Positions 18,505 through 27,558 of a stretch of DNA of 58,625 nucleotides are shown piece by piece (the first letter of the stretch is position 1; every line of letters begins with the position of its first letter). A program made the position numbers and the translations under genes. Under the pieces are notes generated by a model. That model saw only the letters and a list, made by a program, of their open reading frames with translations. It was not told the origin of the DNA and searched no databases. Source of the stretch: Myxococcota bacterium (GTDB lineage: Bacteria; Myxococcota_A; UBA9160; SZUA-336); assembly GCA_036337215.1 (NCBI GenBank), contig JAYZEO010000082.1, positions 1 to 58,625 on the forward strand, in the 5' to 3' direction.

Positions 18505-19788
18505 TCAGGGCTGGCGCGCGGCTGCCAGGGGGTCCCGGGCGAAGCGAGATGTCACATCGGCAATCAGCGCGGACTCGAGTTGATCCAGGTTCCAGCCGGT
18601 CTCGGCTTCCAGCGCCCGTTCCCAGGGGGCACCCTGGGCACAGCGCTCGAGCCAGCGCGCAATGCCGGCTGGATGGCGATCCTCGATCAACTGGACCGCG
18701 GCCCTTGACTCGAGGTACGCGGTCGCAGAGCGGCCGCCCTCGAGACCCGCGAAGCCCCGGACCAGAGAAGCGAGCGGAATCCACGCGTCCGCACGCAACG
18801 CCTCGAGCAATTCTCGCCAGTCGCGCCGGCTGAGGGAGGAACGTCCCCGCACCCGTTCCTCCTCCGACTCAGCGATCCCCTCGTTCAGGAAGAACGGCCG
18901 ATGACTCCCGAGCGCATCGTGGAACAGCGCGTGGACGTACTCGTGGACCAGCAGCGCTTCCAGTTCCAGCCGCGGGTGCCGGGCAGAGACCACGTGAATC
19001 GCCCCGTCGTAGAACCCGACTGTCGCGAATCCGAAGCGGTGTCCGTAGCGGTCGAGGTAGTGCGCGCGCGAGTACAGCTTGACGGCGAGCGGATCCTTGA
19101 GGCGGCGTCCGAAGCGATCCAGGGTCTTGCTCCGCACGCGCTCGAGCAGTTCCAGGACTCCCGCGCCGAAATCGTCGCGCGCGAAGCGATGGTCGTAGGT
19201 CACCCGGAAGTGGGCCGAACTTCGGCTCCGCACCGGACTCCGAGCGTCGGGACGGGATTCCGACAAGGCCCGCTCGGACGCGATCTCCTCGGCGAGGTGA
19301 ACTGCGGCTTCGCGCCATCCATCCCCGACCGGAGAGGCCGTGCCCAGAATCTGTTCGACCGCTTCTTGCGCGGGCGCGTAGAGGCCACGCTCCAGTTCGA
19401 CCTTTGCAATCAGAAATAGCGCCTCGGGACGTCCCGGCGAATTCTGGCTCAGGCGTCGCAGTCGCCCGAGCGCGTGCCGCACATCGCCGCGTGCGAGGTG
19501 GTCGCGCGCGGCATCGAGTTCCCTGCGGAAGCGCCCTTCCTCGCCCCCGGGGTCGGGCGGGTTCTCGAGCGGGGGACCCAGCAGATCTCCCCGCCAGCGC
19601 TGCCTGAGTTCGGTGGGGCTGAGCCGCACCGCACCGTCGATGGGCGCACGGTCACGGTCGGTGAGGTAGGAGTGACCCCGTTCGTCCACGAACACGGCCA
19701 CGGTGGCGGGCAGGAGCACAGCCAGCAGCGCGGCACCTGCGCCCAAGAGCAGACATCTGCGCAGCCGGCCGGAGATCCGGAACTCCAT
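18505..19788 (-). CDS. Putative MA-clan (gluzincin-like) metallopeptidase with a DUF4124-like N-terminus and a TPR-like middle
   Basis: 427 aa. It has a TM or signal segment, then VFVDERGHSYLTD. The motif LLVHEYVHALFHDALGSHRPFFLNEGIAESEE gives HExxH plus a downstream E. Confidence 0.5.
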   Translation of the reverse strand: MEFRISGRLRRCLLLGAGAALLAVLLPATVAVFVDERGHSYLTDRDRAPIDGAVRLSPTELRQRWRGDLLGPPLENPPDPGGEEGRFRRELDAARDHLARGDVRHALGRLRRLSQNSPGRPEALFLIAKVELERGLYAPAQEAVEQILGTASPVGDGWREAAVHLAEEIASERALSESRPDARSPVRSRSSAHFRVTYDHRFARDDFGAGVLELLERVRSKTLDRFGRRLKDPLAVKLYSRAHYLDRYGHRFGFATVGFYDGAIHVVSARHPRLELEALLVHEYVHALFHDALGSHRPFFLNEGIAESEEERVRGRSSLSRRDWRELLEALRADAWIPLASLVRGFAGLEGGRSATAYLESRAAVQLIEDRHPAGIARWLERCAQGAPWERALEAETGWNLDQLESALIADVTSRFARDPLAAARQP

Positions 19789-19871
19789 GGGAGCTTCTTC
19801 GGAAGTCGCTCGGGGGCCCTGAAGCCTGGCTCGAACGTTCTCACCCCAGGCGCGGGACCGAAGCGCCCCGG

Positions 19872-20390
19872 CTAGCGGCGCAACTGTCCGACGAGGTGGC
19901 AGATCTCGGGAAGAATCAGTCGGTCCAGCGCAAGCGCCACCGCGGCCCTCGATCCCGGCATCACGTAGATGGCGGTCCCGCCCGCGCTTCCGGCGAGGGC
20001 GCGGGAAAGCATTGCGGCGGGCCCGATTTCCGCGTACGAGAGCGCGCGGAAGAGTTCGCCAAAGCCGTCCAAGACCTTGTCGAGCAGTGGAGCCACCGCT
20101 TCCGGCGTTCGGTCCCGCGGCGACACGCCGGTTCCCCCGGTGACGAGCGCGGCGTCCACCTCCGGAAGCACAATCGCGCGCTTGAGGGCCGTCCGGATCG
20201 CCTCGGGCTCATCCGGTACGATCCTGCGCGCCAGCGCCCGGTGGCCGGCGGCCTCGAGTTTTTCCTCGATCAGCTTCCCGGAAGTGTCGCTCTCGGCGGA
20301 GCGGCTGTCGCTCACCGTGAGCACCCAGCAGTTCACGGAATCGGGCGCGTACGAGCGGTGCTGGTGAGGTGCGCTGTCGGCTTCGCTCAC
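19872..20390 (-). CDS. moaB: Molybdenum cofactor biosynthesis protein B (MoaB/MogA family)
   Basis: 172 aa. It contains VLTVSDSRS, DTSGKLIEEKLEAAGH and LVTGGTGVSPRDRTPEAV. Confidence 0.9.
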   Translation of the reverse strand: MSEADSAPHQHRSYAPDSVNCWVLTVSDSRSAESDTSGKLIEEKLEAAGHRALARRIVPDEPEAIRTALKRAIVLPEVDAALVTGGTGVSPRDRTPEAVAPLLDKVLDGFGELFRALSYAEIGPAAMLSRALAGSAGGTAIYVMPGSRAAVALALDRLILPEICHLVGQLRR

Positions 20391-20998
20391 GGGTTCTCGT
20401 CCACCCAGTACGCGCCACTCTCGGCAAACTCCTTCTTCCAGATAGGAACGGTCTCTTTCAGTGAGTCGATCGCGTAGCGGCAGGCCTCGAAGGCCTCAGC
20501 CCGGTGCGCCCCGGCCGCCACGATCATCACGGCCGCGTCCCCGATCTCTAGCCGCCCCACCCGGTGTGCGATCGCGAGCCGGACCCCGGGCCAGCGCGCC
20601 CCGACCTCGTCCGCGATCCGCCCCATCTCGCCGAGCACCATCGGCTCGTACGCCTCGTACTCCAGGTGATCGATCGTCTCGCCCCGCGCGTGGTTCCGCA
20701 CGACGCCCGTGAAGGTGACGACGCCGCCACACTCCGGGGCACTCACCCGAGCGATCAGACGATCCAAGGAAAGCGGCTCCGCCAGGAGTTGCAGCGCGCC
20801 CTCAGTGCCCGCGTGCTCCCCCGACCCGCCGCTCATGGGCGGCAACAGCGCGACCTCGTCCCCGTCCGCGAGCGGCCGCTCGAGCGGCACCCGCTCGGCG
20901 TTTAGAGACACCAGCAGCCGGCGCCGGGACCCCGCCACCGCGGGCCAGCGCCGCTCGAGTTCGACGACGGCATCGCCCAGGGTCGCTTCCGGAGGCAA
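20387..20998 (-). CDS. Fused MoaD-MoaE (MoaX-like molybdopterin synthase); the MoaD N-terminus lies upstream, beyond an in-frame TAA
   Basis: The MoaD end reads DGDEVALLPPMSGG. It is followed by a MoaE region (GGVVTFTGVVRNHARGETIDHLEYEAYEPM ... PIWKKE). The track start is TTG at 20998. The same frame continues upstream as GTG(21067) VRIRVLLFAGLR TAA(21029..21031) SIGQKEVALEL. Confidence 0.85.
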   Translation of the reverse strand: MPPEATLGDAVVELERRWPAVAGSRRRLLVSLNAERVPLERPLADGDEVALLPPMSGGSGEHAGTEGALQLLAEPLSLDRLIARVSAPECGGVVTFTGVVRNHARGETIDHLEYEAYEPMVLGEMGRIADEVGARWPGVRLAIAHRVGRLEIGDAAVMIVAAGAHRAEAFEACRYAIDSLKETVPIWKKEFAESGAYWVDENP

Positions 20999-21111
20999 CT
21001 CGAGCGCGACTTCCTTCTGGCCGATGCTTTACCGAAGTCCCGCGAACAGCAGCACGCGTATCCGCACACGCTGAGCCTACGCAGGGCCCGGGAGCCGCGC
21101 AAGCGGCCGGG

Positions 21112-21621
21112 TCAGCGCTTGAGCCGGTCCTTGACGCCGCCGACCGTGGCTTCGCGTGCCCCTGGGGCGCTTCCGGAAGTCTGCGTTGCCTTCGCTGAGC
21201 TGCCGCCTTCCGGCATGACCGGCTTCGTAGCTCTCGGGCTCCCGCCCATCTTGACCGTGCCGTTCAGGACCGCCCCGTCCTCGACGAGCAGGCTCGAGGT
21301 CTGAACGTCGCCGTTCAGACGCGCGGTCTTCTGCAGCGTGAGCTGTCGGTTGGCGACGACGTCTCCCTCGACGAGGCCCGATACCACCACGACTTCGGAG
21401 ACGATGCTGGCCCGGATCTCGCCGGTCTCGCCCACGATGAGGGTGTTGTCGCTCGTGATCTCACCCTCCAGCTTGCCGTCAATCCGGACCGTGTCCTTGA
21501 AACACAGCTTGCCCGAGAACTCGGATCCCTGATCGATGAATGCCGTGAGCGGCCCCGACCCCACGGAACGTTGTCCGCTCGTGGCCTCGCTGCTGCCCTT
21601 CTTCGCGTCCTGAAAACCCAT
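21112..21621 (-). CDS. Bactofilin (polymer-forming cytoskeletal protein, DUF583)
   Basis: The ATG at 21621 is preceded by GGGAGAG. The beta-helix repeat region reads FKDTVRIDGKLEGEITSDNTLIVGETGEIRASIVSEVVVVSGLVEGDVVANRQLTLQKTARLNGDV. Confidence 0.88.
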   Translation of the reverse strand: MGFQDAKKGSSEATSGQRSVGSGPLTAFIDQGSEFSGKLCFKDTVRIDGKLEGEITSDNTLIVGETGEIRASIVSEVVVVSGLVEGDVVANRQLTLQKTARLNGDVQTSSLLVEDGAVLNGTVKMGGSPRATKPVMPEGGSSAKATQTSGSAPGAREATVGGVKDRLKR

Positions 21622-21757
21622 GGAATCTCTCCCTGTATCCGCGGTCGTTAGCGCTCCCTGCGACAAGGCGCGGCCCAGAGCCCAGGGCCGTTGCGATCTC
21701 CTGGGCGTTTTTTCCGTTCTGCGCACCTGCTGCCTATCGGCCAAATGGTCGCCGGCT

Positions 21758-21766
21758 TGAGATAAT
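21758..21766 (+). promoter_or_regulatory. Candidate extended -10 element (TGAGATAAT) that would give a leaderless holB transcript
   Basis: TG-n-GATAAT ends at 21766. The holB ATG at 21773 lies only 6 nt downstream and has no Shine-Dalgarno sequence. There is no good -35 element. It is a sequence match only. Confidence 0.25.
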
Positions 21767-21772
21767 GGCCGC

Positions 21773-22711
21773 ATGCCAGCCGACCGCCTCGAAGGCATCC
21801 GCCGGGAACTCCGGCGCGCCCGCAACACCGGGCGCGTTCACGGGGCCTACGCTTTCTTCGGCGAAGCCGGGACCGGAAAGCGCGAGAGCGCACTCTGGTT
21901 CGCGCGGCTGCTGCTCTGCCAGGGCGCAGCAGAAGATCCCTGCGGCGCGTGTCGCTCGTGTCACATCCTGGCGACCGAAGCCGAGGATCCCCTTCACCCG
22001 GATCTACAGATCGTGCGCCCCGACGGCACCTTCATCCGCGTCGAGCAGATCCGGGGGCTGCAGCGCGGCCTGAGCCTGGTATCGAACGAACGCGGCCACC
22101 GGGTGGTGCTGATCTTCGAGGCGGACCGCCTGAGGATCGAGGCCGCCAACGCATTGCTGAAGACCCTCGAAGAGCCCCCCGACGCAACGACGCTGGTCCT
22201 GGTGGCCGAGCGCTCGAATGCGCTTCCGTCCACTGTCCGTTCCCGGACCACCGTCGTGCGGTTCGTGGGCGAAGCGGCGGCCGGGCTCGCAGAGGTCCTG
22301 GGGACCGACGGACTCTCCGAAGAAGCCGCCTGGCTGGCGGCCGAGATCGGTGGCGGAAGCTATACCGCGGCCCGCGAGTGGGCGGACCTGAACCTCGAGC
22401 CGGCGCTGGAAATGTGTGAGTTCCTGGCGCGCGCGCAAGAAGCCAGCGTCTCCGAGATCCTCGATTTCGCCGAGAGCTTCCGCGGCCCTACCGAGAAGAG
22501 CCGTCCCAGGACCGAACTCCTGCTCTCCGTCTTCGACGCCGTGGCGCGCCGGGCGGCACGGGCCGCCGCAGACAAGCGCGACCACCCCGAACTCACGGGC
22601 TGGCTCGACCGAATCGAGGCTGCCGCAACTGCGCGTCGGGAACTCCAGCGCCGCAACCTGAATCCGCAGATGCTGGTCGAGAATCTGTTGCTCTATCTCA
22701 AGCATGCTTAG
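21773..22711 (+). CDS. holB: DNA polymerase III subunit delta-prime
   Basis: 312 aa. It contains HAYAFFGEAGTGKRESALWFARLLLC, a CGACRSC zinc module, VVLIFEADRL and ANALLKTLEEPP. Confidence 0.9.
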   Translation: MPADRLEGIRRELRRARNTGRVHGAYAFFGEAGTGKRESALWFARLLLCQGAAEDPCGACRSCHILATEAEDPLHPDLQIVRPDGTFIRVEQIRGLQRGLSLVSNERGHRVVLIFEADRLRIEAANALLKTLEEPPDATTLVLVAERSNALPSTVRSRTTVVRFVGEAAAGLAEVLGTDGLSEEAAWLAAEIGGGSYTAAREWADLNLEPALEMCEFLARAQEASVSEILDFAESFRGPTEKSRPRTELLLSVFDAVARRAARAAADKRDHPELTGWLDRIEAAATARRELQRRNLNPQMLVENLLLYLKHA

Positions 22712-22827
22712 GCCGCGGGCGCGGCGGCGGGAGCCAGCCGGCGTCGCGCCCGGCCGGGCAAGACGCCAGCGCAATCTCGGCAATCGTCGGGGCAACCGTA
22801 GGCGGCGCTCGCTACACTCGGCCACGA

Positions 22828-22959
22828 ATGCCGAAGCAGTTCTACCTGACGACCCCCATCTACTACCCGAACGCGCAGGCGACCGCGGCAGAGGGGCTGA
22901 GCTCCGGCAGTGCGACTCGGCCCGGCGAGCCGCTCTTTCCTGGAATCGAGTCCGAGTGA
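22828..22959 (+). pseudogene. metG: 43-codon in-frame relic of methionyl-tRNA synthetase (N- and C-terminal ends only)
   Basis: The ATG at 22828 gives MPKQFYLTTPIYYPNAQ, the MetRS N-terminus up to the point where the HIGH motif should begin. It then reads ATAAEGLSSGSATRPGEPLFPGIESE* and ends in a GTGA overlap with the tatD start. The ORF is too short to appear in the supplied track. Confidence 0.7.
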
Positions 22960-23789
22960 GCGGCGAGGAGACCGCGCTCCCCGGAAGCTTCGACAGCCAC
23001 GCACACATCGGGGCGCCCGAGTTGCTGGCGGAAGCGTCCGCCCTGCTCGACCGCGCACGCGCGTCGGGCGTCGAGGGTGTGATGGCGGTCGGCGCAGGCT
23101 ACGGGATCGAGGCCAATGCCGGAGCCGTCGCGCTCGCGGACGAGCACGAGGACGTGTGGGCCAGCGTCGGTGTTCATCCACACGACGCTTCGCTCTGGAA
23201 CGCACAGGCGGCGCGCGCGATCGAGGGCTGGCTCCATCACCGCCGGGTCATGGCCGTCGGCGAGTGCGGGCTCGACTACCACTACGAGTACTCGCCACGG
23301 GACGCGCAGCGCGACTGCCTGCGCAACCAGATCTCACTCGCGCGCAGTCACGGGCTCCCGCTGGTGATCCATGTACGCCCGAGTGCGAATTCGCGCGACG
23401 CGTTCGAGGAGTTGATCGAGATCTTCGACGCCGAGGGCGCGCGCCAGACGGGGGGCGTGATCCACTGCTTCACGGGCGATGCCGCGTTTGCCGCGGCCTG
23501 TCTCGAGCGCGGCTTCGACATCTCCTTCTCGGGGATCCTCACCTTCAAGAACGCCCGGGAACTGCGAGAGGTGGCCCGAGCTCTACCACTGGATCGGTTG
23601 CTGGTCGAGACCGACGCTCCGCTGCTGGCGCCCGTGCCCTACCGGGGCAAGCGGAACGAACCCGCGTTCGTGACCCACGTCGTCCGCTGTCTCGCCGAGT
23701 TGCACGGCCGCCCCGCCGACGAGGTGGCCCGTCTGACTGCGAAGCGGGCGCGAGCCGCGTTTCGGATCGACTCCACGGGAAGCCCGTGA
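22956..23789 (+). CDS. tatD: TatD family metal-dependent hydrolase (DNase)
   Basis: The GTG at 22956 gives VSGEETALPGSFDSHAHIG. It also contains GVHPHDA, GECGLDYHY, PLVIHVR, GVIHCFTG and LLVETDAP. The upstream 84 codons of the track ORF are non-homologous. Confidence 0.9.
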   Translation: MSGEETALPGSFDSHAHIGAPELLAEASALLDRARASGVEGVMAVGAGYGIEANAGAVALADEHEDVWASVGVHPHDASLWNAQAARAIEGWLHHRRVMAVGECGLDYHYEYSPRDAQRDCLRNQISLARSHGLPLVIHVRPSANSRDAFEELIEIFDAEGARQTGGVIHCFTGDAAFAAACLERGFDISFSGILTFKNARELREVARALPLDRLLVETDAPLLAPVPYRGKRNEPAFVTHVVRCLAELHGRPADEVARLTAKRARAAFRIDSTGSP

Positions 23790-24568
23790 AGGAACTGCTC
23801 GAACTCGCGGTGGCCGTCGCCCGGGAGGCTGGGGCGCTGCAGCGAGACCGCCTCCAAGGGCCTCGAGCGATCGAGACCAAGAGCACCTCCATTGATCTCG
23901 TCACCGACGTGGATCGCGCCTGCGAGACCCTGATCCTGGACCGCATCCGGAGCAGCCGGCCCGAAGACAGCGTGCTCAGCGAGGAGAGTGGGGTCCACGC
24001 GCGAGCGGGCGAGTTCTGCTGGGTGATCGACCCCGTGGACGGGACCACGAACTACGCACACGGATTCCCCCACTTCGGGGTCTCGATCGGGATCGAGAGA
24101 GCCCGCGAAGCGATCGCCGGCGTCGTCTATGACCCCATGAAGGACGAGCTGTTTTCGACGCTACGCGGCTCGGGCGCGTGGCTCAACGGGATGCCGATCC
24201 AGGTCTCCGGGATCATGCAACTCGAGCGCGCCCTGCTCGGAACCGGCTTCGCCTACGACGTGCACCAGGCCCGGATCGACAACATCGATTACTTCACGCG
24301 CTTCATCAAGCGAGCGCAGGGCGTGCGGCGAGCAGGCTCGGCGGCCCTCGATCTCGCCTACGTCGCGTGCGGGCGCTTCGACGGATTCTGGGAGCTGAAC
24401 CTGCACCCCTGGGATGTGGCCGCGGGCTTCCTGCTCGTGGAGGAGGCGGGCGGACGCGTGAGCAACCTGCAGGGGGGTCCCCCGAAGCCGGTGGCTTGCG
24501 TGGCCTCGAACGGACACCTCCACGCGGCAATGCTCGAGGTGCTCGACGCCCCCAGGCCCGCGCGCTAG
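23786..24568 (+). CDS. suhB: Inositol monophosphatase family protein (SuhB-like)
   Basis: The GTG at 23786 sits in a GTGA overlap with the tatD stop. It contains LSEESG, WVIDPVDGTTNYAHG and WDVAAGFLLVEEAGG. Confidence 0.88.
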   Translation: MKELLELAVAVAREAGALQRDRLQGPRAIETKSTSIDLVTDVDRACETLILDRIRSSRPEDSVLSEESGVHARAGEFCWVIDPVDGTTNYAHGFPHFGVSIGIERAREAIAGVVYDPMKDELFSTLRGSGAWLNGMPIQVSGIMQLERALLGTGFAYDVHQARIDNIDYFTRFIKRAQGVRRAGSAALDLAYVACGRFDGFWELNLHPWDVAAGFLLVEEAGGRVSNLQGGPPKPVACVASNGHLHAAMLEVLDAPRPAR

Positions 24569-26010
24569 GGCCCGGAGGACGTCGCGTCGGCCGGCAGCCC
24601 GGAGTCCGCGGTGGACTCGCCGGCGGGCGCCTCCAGGAACCGGTTCTCGAACGCCTCGAGCCCCATCGGCACGTCCTCGGCAAGGTCATTTCGGACCCGC
24701 CAGATCCGGCCGCTCTGAGAAGAACGCGCGGCCATACCGACGGAGGGCTCGGGACCGGCCAGCTCCAACCAACCGAGTTCCTGGCCGTCCTCGGCTTCCA
24801 GCACAACGCGCACCATCGGGGGATCGAGACCCAGCAGCGCAAGCTCCGCGGGTGCCGAGGCGGCCTCGATCCCGGTCGCCTCGAGGTCGCGAAGCGCGTA
24901 CACCACGTCGTCCACACGTAGCGAGTCGACGGGCATCGAGAGTTCTCGGTCGGGACTCCAACTGCGGTCGTCCCGGACAAAGCCATAGCTCTGGCCGTCT
25001 CGTGGAAACTCGAGTCGAAGGCGGCGCACACGCGCGTCATCGAGTCTAAGTACCTGCTTCTCCCGGTACGCGAACAAATCCTCGGGGACGGCCCGAAACA
25101 CCCGATCCTCCAGCTCGAGAAGAGACGAAACCCCGGAGCTGCGAAGGAAGACTCCGCCAGCTTCGCGTCCCAACTCGAGTTCGTGGACTCCGGTCGCGGT
25201 CTCGATCTCGATGCGACGCTCGGCCGGCGCCAGTCCGTAGCGGCGGCCCTCCTCGGGGGCATCGACGAAGCCCGACGCCCGGGCCGAGGCGAGGTCCTGG
25301 AGAAGCCGCCGGATCCGGCGATCGTCGGCCGCGGTTTCCAGGGGTGCCACGATCTTCCACTCCTGCGCGGAGCCCTGCGCGGAGCCGGAATCTGCGCGCT
25401 CGGCCCGGAACACCAGGCCCTCCGGGGACCTGAGCGAAACCCGAGACACCTGGCCCGGGTCGAATCGCGCCAGCCTGCGATCGCGCAGGCCGTCGAGTTC
25501 GGGTGCCAGGCTCCGGGTTCGAAAGCGTGCGACGGTGAAGATCCGGCTGGGGCCGCGCATGACCATCACGTAGCGCGAAGCCCCGAATGGCGTGTCGCCA
25601 CCCAGCGCGAGTTCGAGCGTCGGGGTCTCGCCCTCCGAGATTCGGACCGTCTGGCGCGTCTCGTCGAGCCCGAAGGGCGCCAGATCCTCGGGCGGGTCCT
25701 CGATCACGGCCTCGGAGGAGAGCTCTGCAAGCGCGCGTATGATCTCGTCGACGGCGGCGGTGTCGGCCGGAAACTCGAGCGGTGCCTCGAGCCGCCATGC
25801 GCCGGCCGCGTCGCGGGCCAGGCGCACACGCCCGCCACCCGCGAGCGGCAATTCGAGGCCACGCACGGAACCGGCCTCGATCCCCAGAACCAGGCGCGCC
25901 GCCGCAACCTCGGCTACGCGCTGCTCGGCTCCGCGGAACTCGAACCACCAGACGCCGGCAGCCAGGATCAGCGCGACGGCCGCGAGCGCGAGGTTGCCGC
26001 GCAGACTCAT
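24565..26010 (-). CDS. DUF4340 domain protein (accessory component of the GldG-type ABC system)
   Basis: The ATG at 26010 gives MSLRGNLALAAVALILAAGVWWFEF (TM anchor). Repeated beta-rich modules follow. It lies directly downstream of the GldG-like gene, the usual partnership. Confidence 0.7.
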   Translation of the reverse strand: MSLRGNLALAAVALILAAGVWWFEFRGAEQRVAEVAAARLVLGIEAGSVRGLELPLAGGGRVRLARDAAGAWRLEAPLEFPADTAAVDEIIRALAELSSEAVIEDPPEDLAPFGLDETRQTVRISEGETPTLELALGGDTPFGASRYVMVMRGPSRIFTVARFRTRSLAPELDGLRDRRLARFDPGQVSRVSLRSPEGLVFRAERADSGSAQGSAQEWKIVAPLETAADDRRIRRLLQDLASARASGFVDAPEEGRRYGLAPAERRIEIETATGVHELELGREAGGVFLRSSGVSSLLELEDRVFRAVPEDLFAYREKQVLRLDDARVRRLRLEFPRDGQSYGFVRDDRSWSPDRELSMPVDSLRVDDVVYALRDLEATGIEAASAPAELALLGLDPPMVRVVLEAEDGQELGWLELAGPEPSVGMAARSSQSGRIWRVRNDLAEDVPMGLEAFENRFLEAPAGESTADSGLPADATSSGP

Positions 26011-26014
26011 CGCC

Positions 26015-27556
26015 TCAGGTTCGGCGCCGCCACCAGACCCAGACGCCAAGCACGAGCAATGCCTCGGGAAACGCGAACAGCGAAACGTAGCGGAAGTTGT
26101 CGACTTCCTCGGGCGTCAGCACGACCACCGAGGCTCGCGGGAGATTCCGCTCGATCGTCGCAAACTCCTCGTCTCCGACCAGCCAGTTCACCAGGTTCAT
26201 CAGGAGATCCGCGTTGTAGAACTCGGCGATGTGGCCGTTTCGGCCAAAGTCGGAGTCCCCGACGACGGCCAGCAACCCCCCCTCCGCCTGCCCGTCTGCG
26301 GGTGCCAGGCGCCGTACCAGCGCAACCGCGACCGGACCCGCGCGGTCCGCCGGCCCCACGCCCACCGTGCTCTCTTCGAGGAATAACTCCAGGTCGGTCT
26401 CGGCCCAGCTCCCCGGTCCCGTGAGCGCAAGCTCGACGACCTGTTCGTCTCCGGGATCACTCGCCCGAACCGAACGCGAGAGATAGAAAGAGGTCGGCTG
26501 GCTGGCGAGGTCCTCGGTCACCGGATGCTCGGCGTAGGAACTCACGATCGGCTGGACCCCGATCTGGGGCCCGGCAAAGAGCTGGATCTGCTGGTCGATG
26601 ATGATGTCGGCGCCGAGTTCCACCCCCCAGTCCCGAAGCGGGGCTTCGAGACCCGTGGTCAGGATCGGATCCACCAGGAAGAGCAGCGAGCCACCGCGCT
26701 GCAGGTAGCGATCCAATGCACCGAGTTCCCGCCCGAGCAGGGAACGGTCCGGGCCCGCGACCACGACCGCAGCGGCGTCGGAGGGAACCTCCTCCTCGGC
26801 CGCGAGGAGCAGGGGTTCGACCTCGAGATTCTCGTCGCGCAGCGCGTCTCGGGCGCGCGAGAAACCCTCGGCTTGGTCATCCTCGATGTCCGCCTCACCG
26901 TGTCCGGTCACGAAGTAGATCTTGTGCTTTTCGGAGATCACGCTGCGGATGGCACGCGTGACTTCGGGCTCGCTCGCAGCCGTGACCCGCGCGGTGCCCG
27001 AGGCCGTCTCGCACGGCCCCGCACAGACCAGCAGCGTCCCGTCGGCCCGAACCTCGTAGCGCTGCGTGCGGCCGGGATCCCGGCGCGGATCCACGTACTC
27101 GATGTCGAGCTTCGGGGTCTCGTAGCTGTACTGATCCAGGAGCTTGCGGAACTGGGGCTCCAATGCGGGAGTGACAAAAGCGAGCAACTCGACCGGCTCC
27201 GCGTCCGGAATCTGATCGAGTACCGAGAGCGTCCCCGCACTCAGCGTGTGCACGTTGCCCTCGGTCCAGTCCCAGCGCACGGAGTGACGCACGGACAGGA
27301 AGCCGAGCAACCCCAGGATCACGCCCAGCACCACGAACTGGAGCACGGCATTCCCCCCCGCGCGCATCCCGCGTCGGCTCGAGCCGCGTCCCATCTGCTC
27401 GCGCAGTTCTCCGAAACTCGTGATCCCGGCAAACAGCAGGGCCGCCACCCCGACCCCGAAATGCAAGTAGAGCACCCAGAGGTGGGCACCAAGCACCAGG
27501 CCAATCAGGGCGAAGCACAGAAACACGAGCCCGAGTACTGCAGCCAGAAGACCCAT
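26015..27556 (-). CDS. GldG-like auxiliary component of an ABC-2 type transporter
   Basis: 513 aa. It has N-terminal TM helices, a large periplasmic domain (LLFLVDP, VVVAGPDRSLL, LLAVVGDSDF) and a C-terminal TM helix. Confidence 0.75.
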   Translation of the reverse strand: MGLLAAVLGLVFLCFALIGLVLGAHLWVLYLHFGVGVAALLFAGITSFGELREQMGRGSSRRGMRAGGNAVLQFVVLGVILGLLGFLSVRHSVRWDWTEGNVHTLSAGTLSVLDQIPDAEPVELLAFVTPALEPQFRKLLDQYSYETPKLDIEYVDPRRDPGRTQRYEVRADGTLLVCAGPCETASGTARVTAASEPEVTRAIRSVISEKHKIYFVTGHGEADIEDDQAEGFSRARDALRDENLEVEPLLLAAEEEVPSDAAAVVVAGPDRSLLGRELGALDRYLQRGGSLLFLVDPILTTGLEAPLRDWGVELGADIIIDQQIQLFAGPQIGVQPIVSSYAEHPVTEDLASQPTSFYLSRSVRASDPGDEQVVELALTGPGSWAETDLELFLEESTVGVGPADRAGPVAVALVRRLAPADGQAEGGLLAVVGDSDFGRNGHIAEFYNADLLMNLVNWLVGDEEFATIERNLPRASVVVLTPEEVDNFRYVSLFAFPEALLVLGVWVWWRRRT

Positions 27557-27558
27557 CC

